33,960 nucleotides of DNA from a virus (lineage: Duplodnaviria > Caudoviricetes): positions 1-33,960 of IMG/VR virus record IMGVR_UViG_3300011339_000113. One strand, given 5' to 3'. The notes under the pieces are model-generated. The model did no database searches. It saw only the letters and a list, made by a program, of their open reading frames with translations, and had not been told where the DNA came from. This document shows positions 1 through 7,409 of the stretch, piece after piece. Both the position numbers and the translations under genes were made by a program. Within the stretch, counting starts at the first letter, position 1; every line of letters begins with the position of its first letter.

Positions 1-127
1 ACAATTGCTGACTGCTGCTGCATGGCCTCACGATCCATAGCCTGCCGCGCTTCGATCTCGGCAGTGCTAATTTGTGTGTTGTACTTTAACTCAAGTTCAT
101 ATTTCTTGAGCATTAAGTCTTGCGCCA
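1..127. repeat. Terminal direct repeat (copy 1); circular assembly overlap
   Basis: Bases 1-127 are identical to 33834-33960 and lie inside the portal ORF; 127 is a common assembler k-mer length. Confidence 0.95.
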
Positions 128-2111
128 TTTGATCTCTACGGTAATCGTCATCGCGGATCATTTGCTCGCGTTTCAACTCCAGCTCGGCAGCCTTTTTCTG
201 GATGTCGGCTTGGATCGACTGAGCCTGAACCTGTGCCAGCACCTCCTCTGGCGTTGGCTTTGGCGCATCGGCCTGCGGCATCTGGAAGTCTGCCGGCAGC
301 GTTTGAATATAACTTGATGCATCTTTGAATCCAGACAACTCAATGATCTTTTGGATGCTGCGGATGTACATGGCCGGTGTCACCACCGGATTGCTCAGAC
401 CAAACTGCTGCATGATCTGCTCTTGCTTTCCCGCAATCATGGTCAGTGCTTGGATGCGCTCGTTGGTGTCGCCATTGCCCAAGCCAATATTGACCGTCAC
501 GTCCATGCTGGAATTCCAGACTCGCGGGTCAATCTCAACCCACTCATTTCGCAAGCGCACCATGCGCGGCTTGTCTTGGTGGGTAGTCATCAGGTACAGA
601 ATGCCCTTAAACAGTTTCTTCATGCCCTCGGCCAGTATGCGTGCTTGCAACTCAATACGGCCTTGGCTGGCACCAATGGTGGCCGCCACAGCTGCCTTGG
701 TGCTGGACTGCAATGCGTCAGCATCCAACCCCATCGCGGCCTTGCTCATGCCGGTACGGTCTTCCTTCATGGAATCCATGTAGTCCAGCATGGGGAATGC
801 GGCCTGACCGACAAATGGCGTAGAGAACGGCTGCACCATGCCAGGCGCACGCATCCGGATAATGGCACCGGTTTCGTTGTTCAGTACATCATCAATGTTA
901 ACTTGGCCTTCAACCACGGCAGTGCGTGGGTGGATAGACTGCGCCAGCGAGTCCAGCGTGTTTCGCAGCACCTCGGACTTGATCTCCTGAATGTCATGCG
1001 TCAGATCGAATATCGACATGGCTTCCAGCGGTGAGGTATGCGGCTCTGGATCGCAGGGGAAGTCCACAAATGGGATGTAACTGGACGGCAGATTACGCAC
1101 TACGGTGTAGCCAGAACCCATGCAGCAGACTTTACGCAATTCTGGAATGCCGTCACCGTCAAAGTCCACGCGAATGTAAGACTCAACGTACAGCACGCGG
1201 CGCTGACCAGGATTCAAACTGTCACCGGCACCCATGGTGGTGGACAGCGGCTGACGTGCCAAGTACTCGTCATTGCTGTCTAGGTCGGTGCTGGATATGT
1301 TTTCCTCAATCTCCTCCAACTCGTAGCCCATCTGAATCAGATCGTCCACCGTTGCCATCTGACGGTGAGCAATGATGCCAGCATCATCAAACGATCTGGC
1401 TCGGCGATCAATCACCAACTCTTCAGGTGGCACCGCCATGATCTTGATACGGCCGTCCTTGACGGTGCGCTTAATCTGCACGTCATGCAGCATCGGCTGC
1501 TGCATAGGGCCAGGCTGACCCGTCATTGGATCAATGTTTTGAATGCCTGGTTGCATAGGATCAGGGTAGCTGACCACAATCTTGACCTCGGCCTGCTCAC
1601 TCATCAGCATCTGCACGGTCTGGTCATCGAGGCCAGAATAATCCTCAATCTTGACCTCTTCTGACTCATCCCACCAGTATTTGGCAATGCCGCACTTACG
1701 CACCAACGAGTCCTTGAACAGCGCATAGGTGGTCATGAAACCGTTGTTGTCGTTGCTGAAAATGTAATTTGCGTAGTCAGTCGCCTGCTGTGCGCCAGCA
1801 ACATCTTCCGGTCCACGCGGCACATATTCCACGACATTCTCGGTGCTGAAGAAAACGCGCATCAGACTTGGCAGCATGGCGCTCACCGTGTCGCGCACCT
1901 CCATCGCAACAACCTGGCTGCGGCCATCTTCCTCATTGCCAAAAGGGTCGCCACGGTAGTACTCTGTACCCTTGGCGCGAATCGGTGAGACATCGGCATC
2001 AATGTAGCTGACGGCATCTTCCAACTCACCGGCAACAATGCCCTGCAACTCAGTGTCATCCATCGGATTGACGGCGGCCATGTCGGTGGTCATTTGCAAA
2101 TCGTTGATCAT
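1..2111 (-). CDS. Portal protein, 5' part (about 725 aa in total; continues across the junction to 33767)
   Basis: Absent from the ORF track because it runs off the edge. ATG at 2111 overlaps the upstream stop (ATGA). It reads MINDLQMTTD...YYRGDPFGNEEDGRSQVVAMEVRDTVSAMLPSLMRVFF, typical of podovirus portals, and lies between terL and the scaffold/capsid genes. Confidence 0.9.
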   Translation of the reverse strand, partial: MINDLQMTTDMAAVNPMDDTELQGIVAGELEDAVSYIDADVSPIRAKGTEYYRGDPFGNEEDGRSQVVAMEVRDTVSAMLPSLMRVFFSTENVVEYVPRGPEDVAGAQQATDYANYIFSNDNNGFMTTYALFKDSLVRKCGIAKYWWDESEEVKIEDYSGLDDQTVQMLMSEQAEVKIVVSYPDPMQPGIQNIDPMTGQPGPMQQPMLHDVQIKRTVKDGRIKIMAVPPEELVIDRRARSFDDAGIIAHRQMATVDDLIQMGYELEEIEENISSTDLDSNDEYLARQPLSTTMGAGDSLNPGQRRVLYVESYIRVDFDGDGIPELRKVCCMGSGYTVVRNLPSSYIPFVDFPCDPEPHTSPLEAMSIFDLTHDIQEIKSEVLRNTLDSLAQSIHPRTAVVEGQVNIDDVLNNETGAIIRMRAPGMVQPFSTPFVGQAAFPMLDYMDSMKEDRTGMSKAAMGLDADALQSSTKAAVAATIGASQGRIELQARILAEGMKKLFKGILYLMTTHQDKPRMVRLRNEWVEIDPRVWNSSMDVTVNIGLGNGDTNERIQALTMIAGKQEQIMQQFGLSNPVVTPAMYIRSIQKIIELSGFKDASSYIQTLPADFQMPQADAPKPTPEEVLAQVQAQSIQADIQKKAAELELKREQMIRDDDYRRDQMAQDLMLKKYELELKYNTQISTAEIEARQAMDREAMQQQSAI

Positions 2112-2398
2112 TTCTTGTTCCTTGCAGAAATTGCTTTGGCCTTTGCTTTTGCATCAGCCTTACTTGACGCGCCCCATGCCTTCAGACTCAGACTCAGCCG
2201 AGTCGGCTCACCGTTCTTCATCTCAGGGCCAGGCATATTGCCCATTCTCGCAAGGAATGATGCCCTGCGCGGGTTGTCACCAGACTTCACCGGCGCTTTC
2301 AGATTCATACCTTCGGCCTTGGCGCTGGCGCGTCCCTTGGCATTCAGGCCACCACTCGGACTTTTTCCCTCTTTACGCTGCCATGCCGGTGTTTTCAT
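2108..2398 (-). CDS. Small basic hypothetical protein (DUF6321-like)
   Basis: 96 aa, K/R/A-rich, with AWQRKEGKSPSGGLNAKGRAS and RRASFLARM motifs recalled from aquatic phage proteins. Confidence 0.7.
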   Translation of the reverse strand: MKTPAWQRKEGKSPSGGLNAKGRASAKAEGMNLKAPVKSGDNPRRASFLARMGNMPGPEMKNGEPTRLSLSLKAWGASSKADAKAKAKAISARNKK

Positions 2399-2891
2399 AG
2401 GGTACTTTCTTCAAAATCACATACATGGAGTCAACTGCGCGCGGCAGCCGCAATATCTCATTTTGCGGTAATTCTAGGTGTTGACCGTAGGCACTGAGGC
2501 GCATCTCCAAATGCGTCATCTCAAACTTGCTGCCCTTCCAGCCCAAGTACCACGCCCATTCGCAGTAGTACACCCATGATTTTTCATTGAACGCTCTGAC
2601 GTGTGTCGGGTCTTGCCACGCGCCATGGCTCAAATCGTAAGGCACATGAATATGCATCTCACCACCCATCTCCAGCAAGTCGCGGCAGTTGGTCATGGCC
2701 TGCACTAAGTTCGGTATGTGTTCCAGCACGTCAAATGCCATGATCTTGGCAAACTGACGATCGATCTGCATCGGCGCACCAATATCCACTACCCAATCGG
2801 CACCAACATCTGCACGAATGTCGGCATTCACGCAATCAGGCTTGTAGTCCTTGCCGGAGCCTAAGTTAAGTATCAAACCACTGTTTTGCAT
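2373..2891 (-). CDS. Class I SAM-dependent methyltransferase
   Basis: Motif I (LNLGSG), followed by DVLEHI, GGEMHIHVP and AWQDPTH, as in Methyltransf_11-like proteins. Confidence 0.85.
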   Translation of the reverse strand: MQNSGLILNLGSGKDYKPDCVNADIRADVGADWVVDIGAPMQIDRQFAKIMAFDVLEHIPNLVQAMTNCRDLLEMGGEMHIHVPYDLSHGAWQDPTHVRAFNEKSWVYYCEWAWYLGWKGSKFEMTHLEMRLSAYGQHLELPQNEILRLPRAVDSMYVILKKVPYENTGMAA

Positions 2892-3564
2892 ATTCCGGCC
2901 TGTTCTGTAATATCCACGGTATGGCGGCCTTGGTCAGTGCGTCACCATTCATACCGACAGTCTGGCTGCCAATGTGATGCACATATGACCGGCTCAGGTA
3001 ATGATGAAAGCCAGCCGCGCGCAAATCCTCGCAATGCACGTCATCCGAGTACCAGTTCAGCGGTGGAAATACAGCCGCGCTCCACGCATCGGCACCAATC
3101 CATGCAAAGATAGGGGAGGGGCATTCCATCGGCACAATTGCGTCTTCATACGGGTACTTGAAGTAGTGCAGCCGCTGATCAAATGGGTTAGAGCGAATAT
3201 TCTGCACCGGCCTGGCTGCATCGCACCGCGCTGAAACCCAGCCCACCGGCTCACCAGTTTCAGCCTTCAGCTGTGCTACATCCTCCATCAGCAGCCGGTA
3301 GCTCGTTGGTGTCAGCACAATATCGTCATTGGCGCAGATCACTGACTCAAACCCATCGGCAAAGGCACGGTCAATGATTTCGTTGTAGTCAAGACCGAAA
3401 TTGTGCGCCGCACCAAACACCTTCAGGTCAGCGTCAAAGCCGCCAATGATGGACTCTGGCCCTCGCAAATAGACAGGCACTTCGGGACAGTACTCGGCAA
3501 TGCTTGTGAGCATCACCCGCAAACCTTTGCCGTGTACCGTGCTGATGCAGATCGGGGAGATCAA
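2866..3564 (-). CDS. Glycosyltransferase, GT-A/GT2-like
   Basis: N-terminal beta strand, NFGLDYN, DxD-like motif (ICANDDIV), WYSDD and YVHHIGSQT. Confidence 0.75.
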   Translation of the reverse strand: MISPICISTVHGKGLRVMLTSIAEYCPEVPVYLRGPESIIGGFDADLKVFGAAHNFGLDYNEIIDRAFADGFESVICANDDIVLTPTSYRLLMEDVAQLKAETGEPVGWVSARCDAARPVQNIRSNPFDQRLHYFKYPYEDAIVPMECPSPIFAWIGADAWSAAVFPPLNWYSDDVHCEDLRAAGFHHYLSRSYVHHIGSQTVGMNGDALTKAAIPWILQNRPEYAKQWFDT

Positions 3565-4085
3565 TCCGCTGATCCGATCTTGATGGTGAGCAATGAATCA
3601 GGCTCAGAATCGCTCTCTTCCGCATCCATTCCCCCATTCTCACCGTCACCACCGCCGTCACCCTTGTTCGGGCCGCCGACAACCCAAGCATCACAGGTGC
3701 GCGTGCCGGCGCACTTGAAGTCGAATATCTCGCAGTAGCCCAAGTCTGCCAGCTTAATTGTTCCCCATGGGTCAGCCTCTCGGCCAATGCCGTCAGCAAT
3801 GCACTGCTTGACCTTGTCGGACACATTAAAAGCCGCGCAGTTACCGCAACGGCTCTGCTTGGCATCATCAATACTCACGTCCCATGTGTCGGCCTTCTTA
3901 GACCAGAACGGCGTATTAGGCAGCGCGGGATTCTCAGGGCCGTAATTCGCGCTAGTAATAGCCTTGGCGCGATTCTTCAAATTCAGCGTCACGTCCTGCG
4001 TTGGAGCAGGGCAGCTGGCGCTGGCATCCTGGTAGCCAGGCTTTTGATCCATGGCCTGCGCCATGGTGCGTTGCATGGTAGCCAT
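3561..4085 (-). CDS. Hypothetical Cys-rich, probably metal-binding protein
   Basis: CGNCAAF...GYCEIFDFKCAGTRTCDAW; acidic C-terminus; translationally coupled to its neighbours. Confidence 0.7.
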   Translation of the reverse strand: MATMQRTMAQAMDQKPGYQDASASCPAPTQDVTLNLKNRAKAITSANYGPENPALPNTPFWSKKADTWDVSIDDAKQSRCGNCAAFNVSDKVKQCIADGIGREADPWGTIKLADLGYCEIFDFKCAGTRTCDAWVVGGPNKGDGGGDGENGGMDAEESDSEPDSLLTIKIGSAD

Positions 4086-4267
4086 TACATCTTCCCTTTT
4101 TTCATGCCAGGCTTGGCCTTCATAGGCATCTTGGCTTCGGACATCGCAATGGCAATGGCCTGCTTGGGATTCTTCACAACCTTGCCGCCAGCACCAGAGT
4201 GCAGCTTGCCGGTCTTGAATTCATGCATCACCTTGCCCACCTTCTTCGCCGCTTTGGTCATCTTCAT
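4085..4267 (-). CDS. Small basic protein (DUF6496-like)
   Basis: KVGKVMHEFKTGKLHSG...KQAIAIAMSEA motif; AAGGGG RBS upstream. Confidence 0.75.
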   Translation of the reverse strand: MKMTKAAKKVGKVMHEFKTGKLHSGAGGKVVKNPKQAIAIAMSEAKMPMKAKPGMKKGKM

Positions 4268-4295
4268 AATTTTCCCCTTTAAACAATTACATCAA

Positions 4296-5777
4296 TTATG
4301 CAACCCTAGACAGGTTTCTTTTCAGCGGTTGCCCCCACTTGGTGCTGGCTTTAGACCCCATCATGCCGATTACAGCGTCACTTGCAAACGTCAAGCAGAA
4401 TGCATCAGCCTTGTCCGGTGAGGCTAAACCGCGCTTCTTGATCTCGTCCTTGCTCTCAATCTGAATCTTGCCGTTGGACGTAAACATATACCGAACGGTC
4501 GCCAACTCGGCCACCAGTAGCTCATCCTTTGGCAGCCGACAATCCCGCTGCTCTAGCCACGCCTTGGCCTTGTACCAAAGCTCGGCCTTCAGATTCCGAT
4601 ACGTCCCGCCCATGGCCGGACTCTCGCTGACGTTGATTCCGCGTGCAGGCAGTCCCAACTCTTTCAACCGATCCACGACTCCGGCACCAAGCCCAATGCT
4701 GTCAACCAGTATCTCTTCGGGTCTGTCGCTTGGCGGCAACGCCTCAAACTCAACCACTACCGCGCCCGTCAGCTGCATCAAGTCCAAATTCTTCCACGTC
4801 TTGATCGGCTCAGTCACCGCGTTCCCCCGCCGCTTGCACAGCGCCGAGCGGTCAGAGCCAAAGCGTGCAACGTCCAATCCCCAGACCAGCGGCGCGTAAG
4901 GTGAGGCCACTACATCCCGATTCATCGCCAAGTCCAGCAACTCCATGGGTATAACGGTGTCCTCGTCACTCCTTGGGAATTCCCCCAGCACGCGAATTCG
5001 GTAGGCGTTTGACTCTTCGCCATACCGCGCTTTCATCTCCTCAATGTAAGCCTCAGACACCCTCGGCGAGTCGGCGCAGGAAACCTTCATGGTCACCCAA
5101 TCCCCCGCCAGACGGTTATGGGTGTCATAGAAGAACCCGCTACTCCTTACCGGATTTCCCAGCAGCAACGTGACGGCGTTATGGCCGGACATACTTCCGC
5201 TGGCCGCCTCAAACACCTTCTCCGGTATACCGCTGGCCTCGTCCCCCACCAGCATCACATGGTCGCTGTGTACGCCTTGCAAGGCTTCCGGCTGCTCTGC
5301 CCTCGATGTCCTGGCTGAGATAAACGCCTCCTCGTTGGCATCCTTCACCTCAATGCGGTCCTGCTTCACCTCCAACATATCAGCCAGCATCGGCGGCAGC
5401 ACCTTCACCCACCGCTTGACCTCCGCAAACAGCGCGTCATACAGCTGGCTGCTCGTTGGTGCCGTCACCACCACCTTTACCGGAAATCTCAGCAACAAGT
5501 ACCAGATCATCGCCCAGGCACTGGCCGTGGACTTCCCAACGCCATGGCCTGATCTGACAGAGATACGCCGGTTGCCCTTGGCAATGTGATTCAAGAATTC
5601 CACCTGCCACGGGTCAGGCTCAGTGTTCAGCACCTCTCTGACGAAGAGTACAGGGTTGTTCTTGTACAGCTTGACGAATTCAACAAATGGATTGTTTACC
5701 AGCAAGTCATCGGATTTTTTTTTCGGGATGCGCGGCTTTGTGGGGGCTAGGGGTAGGGGGTCGGTCATGTTCGGCAT
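4296..5777 (-). CDS. terL: Terminase large subunit
   Basis: Walker A (SGHGVGKS), Walker B (LVGDEA), motif III (LLGNP) and an RNase H-like nuclease domain (GLDVARFGSD ... SPDKADA). The start could be 5768. Confidence 0.95.
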   Translation of the reverse strand: MPNMTDPLPLAPTKPRIPKKKSDDLLVNNPFVEFVKLYKNNPVLFVREVLNTEPDPWQVEFLNHIAKGNRRISVRSGHGVGKSTASAWAMIWYLLLRFPVKVVVTAPTSSQLYDALFAEVKRWVKVLPPMLADMLEVKQDRIEVKDANEEAFISARTSRAEQPEALQGVHSDHVMLVGDEASGIPEKVFEAASGSMSGHNAVTLLLGNPVRSSGFFYDTHNRLAGDWVTMKVSCADSPRVSEAYIEEMKARYGEESNAYRIRVLGEFPRSDEDTVIPMELLDLAMNRDVVASPYAPLVWGLDVARFGSDRSALCKRRGNAVTEPIKTWKNLDLMQLTGAVVVEFEALPPSDRPEEILVDSIGLGAGVVDRLKELGLPARGINVSESPAMGGTYRNLKAELWYKAKAWLEQRDCRLPKDELLVAELATVRYMFTSNGKIQIESKDEIKKRGLASPDKADAFCLTFASDAVIGMMGSKASTKWGQPLKRNLSRVA

Positions 5778-5916
5778 ACGTCAGGCTGTGGGATTCGGTA
5801 GGTGTTCGGTTGCATCTTCAGCCGCCCCCGCCGAAATCGCGCAAGGGGGGGGGTCATCGCCGCCCACAGCCAGCGGCACGCTCCAGCGCCAGCCGCGGCC
5901 ACTTTACCGCTGGAAG

Positions 5917-5925
5917 TTATCCACA
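5917..5925 (+). promoter_or_regulatory. DnaA box 1
   Basis: Perfect TTATCCACA. Confidence 0.8.
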
Positions 5926-5939
5926 ATCCACTATTCATG

Positions 5940-5952
5940 CAAGTCATTGATC
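5940..5952 (-). promoter_or_regulatory. IHF-binding-site-like sequence
   Basis: Minus strand reads GATCAATGACTTG against consensus WATCAANNNNTTR (one mismatch), next to an AT-rich tract. Confidence 0.45.
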
Positions 5953-5985
5953 TATATGCTTTCTTACAGAATGCTGACATATTCC

Positions 5986-6013
5986 ATTTAATACGATGTC
6001 CATTATGTTAAGT
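5986..6013 (+). other. dif-like XerC/XerD recombination site
   Basis: ATTTAATACGA-TGTCCA-TTATGTTAAGT has the 11-6-11 architecture; the right arm matches the XerD arm TTATGTTAAAT at 10/11. Confidence 0.65.
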
Positions 6014-6017
6014 CAAT

Positions 6018-6026
6018 TGTGGATAA
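6018..6026 (-). promoter_or_regulatory. DnaA box 2
   Basis: TGTGGATAA, a perfect box on the minus strand. Confidence 0.8.
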
Positions 6027-6063
6027 CTGACCAGTATTTGCTCAACAAACAGGCAGAGTTGCG

Positions 6064-6072
6064 TTATCCACA
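6064..6072 (+). promoter_or_regulatory. DnaA box 3
   Basis: Perfect TTATCCACA. Confidence 0.8.
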
Positions 6073-6094
6073 GGGCAATGTGTTCAATCATGGC

Positions 6095-6526
6095 TTAATC
6101 GTGCCTATCGCCTGTGGATAACTCATCGACAACCTCAACATGGCGCAGTGCCGCCATGCGTAAATCTTGGATGTTGATGTTGATCGAGGCTGCTTTTTGT
6201 AGGCCGTAAGTCTTCTGATCCCATCGCTCGGCCAGCCACTGCCTCGTTCTGATGCGCTGGACATCGCGCTGCGGATGCTCCACGTCCATGTCATCCGCAA
6301 TGGACATTGTCTCTACCGCCAACTTATCGGCGGCTATCGCGCGCGCACGCGCAATTATAGAGGGATCGGTATCTTCGATCCATTGCTCTAGCGCCCTGCG
6401 CCCGATGCCAAGTTCGTAGCAGATCGTGGTCTGTGACTTGCCTGCCTCAAACATGGACACGATCATGTCGTGAGGCAGATCCTCAAGCAGAGCCATGTCC
6501 TGTCTGAATTTCGGTCTTCCTGCCAC
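6095..6526 (-). CDS. terS: Terminase small subunit
   Basis: N-terminal GRP and HTH, then ARARAIAADKLA...IADD and RIRTRQWLAERWDQKTYG (P22/Sf6-like TerS); GTG start with GAGGAGG RBS; upstream of terL. Confidence 0.85.
   Translation of the reverse strand: MAGRPKFRQDMALLEDLPHDMIVSMFEAGKSQTTICYELGIGRRALEQWIEDTDPSIIARARAIAADKLAVETMSIADDMDVEHPQRDVQRIRTRQWLAERWDQKTYGLQKAASININIQDLRMAALRHVEVVDELSTGDRHD
6113..6121 (-). promoter_or_regulatory. DnaA box 4 (within the terS 3' end)
   Basis: TGTGGATAA; encodes L-S-T of TerS. Confidence 0.75.
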
Positions 6527-6583
6527 GCTCAGACCCTCCTCAGAGCCGTTTTAATCCGCTGGACTATATCCAGTACCCATTGT

Positions 6584-7267
6584 TTAATTCGCTGCATTCT
6601 TGAGCCTTCCTGCGAGTTTGGTGTCGAATTTCTTTTCCATGACTTCATTGTCATCGAATTTCAAGTCGTTTTCAAAGTCATCAAATCCTGTTGCACCGCC
6701 CAGCTTGAATTCTGATGTCGGTTTGAATGCTGTGACTTTGGCCGTTGGGAATAGTGCTTTGATCTTGATGACCTGTTGCATACGCTCATCGGCCATCAGT
6801 GCCTCGATCTCTTCCATGCTCCAGATGTTCTGATTGCTGATGTCTTGACGCTCCCGCTGTATTGCCACGGCCTCGTTGACAGTTCTGGTGATCACCATGA
6901 CCTGGCCGTTTTGCATCTCCCACTCAATCCTTGGGATGCTGTCGCTGGCTGGCGTTATGCCTTGATCGGCTGCCCACTGATCCAGCACGCCATACGCCCT
7001 GATCATTCCCGCCAGGCTTGAATCGAATTTCGCCTGATCCTTTGCCGTGATTGCTTGCTGCAATCTGGCGTTCTGAATCCAGAATTTTTCTCTCAGCCCA
7101 CTGTCAACTAAAGTAATCAGTCGATTTTCTCCCCATTTCCTGTCGCTGACCGCCTTGGCTGACTCCAGTTCCACCAGTTTGGATTGAACGTAAATCGTCC
7201 AAGGGTCTGCTTGTTGGATTGGACTCGTTGCTGGTGGATGCTGTCTGCTCTTTTGCTTTGTTGCCAT
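6584..7267 (-). CDS. Hypothetical protein (227 aa)
   Basis: Long ORF; start reassigned to the ATG at 7267, which follows AAGGAG. Confidence 0.75.
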   Translation of the reverse strand: MATKQKSRQHPPATSPIQQADPWTIYVQSKLVELESAKAVSDRKWGENRLITLVDSGLREKFWIQNARLQQAITAKDQAKFDSSLAGMIRAYGVLDQWAADQGITPASDSIPRIEWEMQNGQVMVITRTVNEAVAIQRERQDISNQNIWSMEEIEALMADERMQQVIKIKALFPTAKVTAFKPTSEFKLGGATGFDDFENDLKFDDNEVMEKKFDTKLAGRLKNAAN

Positions 7268-7303
7268 TTCTGTTCTCCTTATCAAAATTCACTGAAGCGT
7301 CTG

Positions 7304-7409
7304 TCGGAACGATCGGAAACTACGAGTCTTCTAGACTCTCGTTTCCGATTCCGACTTCCGATGATCGGAAGCATCTGATTTCCGATCGCTTCCGATCGCT
7401 TCCGATCGT
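7304..7409. repeat. Iteron-like repeat and palindrome cluster (candidate phage replication origin)
   Basis: Nine TTCCGA/TCGGAA hexamers, including three tandem TTCCGATCG(C/T) 10-mers at 7380-7409 and palindromes centred at about 7331 and 7363. Confidence 0.7.

Noticed and set aside
120-2100. Plus-strand ORFs over the first 2 kb
   Set aside because: They are antisense shadows of the portal gene; the same applies to most plus-strand ORFs outside 12435-15106.
2373-2891. Methyltransferase as a DNA methyltransferase of a restriction-modification system
   Set aside because: It lacks DPPY/NPPY/PC catalytic motifs and resembles small-molecule or sugar methyltransferases.
5715-5723. A9 run near the terL 5' end as a programmed frameshift
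   Set aside because: It encodes KKK in frame, and I identified no useful alternative-frame product.
5765-5980. 71-aa minus-strand ORF between terS and terL
   Set aside because: It has no convincing RBS or motif and overlaps the regulatory elements.
7380-7409. Tandem repeats as a mini-CRISPR array
   Set aside because: The units are 10 bp with no spacers, which fits iterons better.
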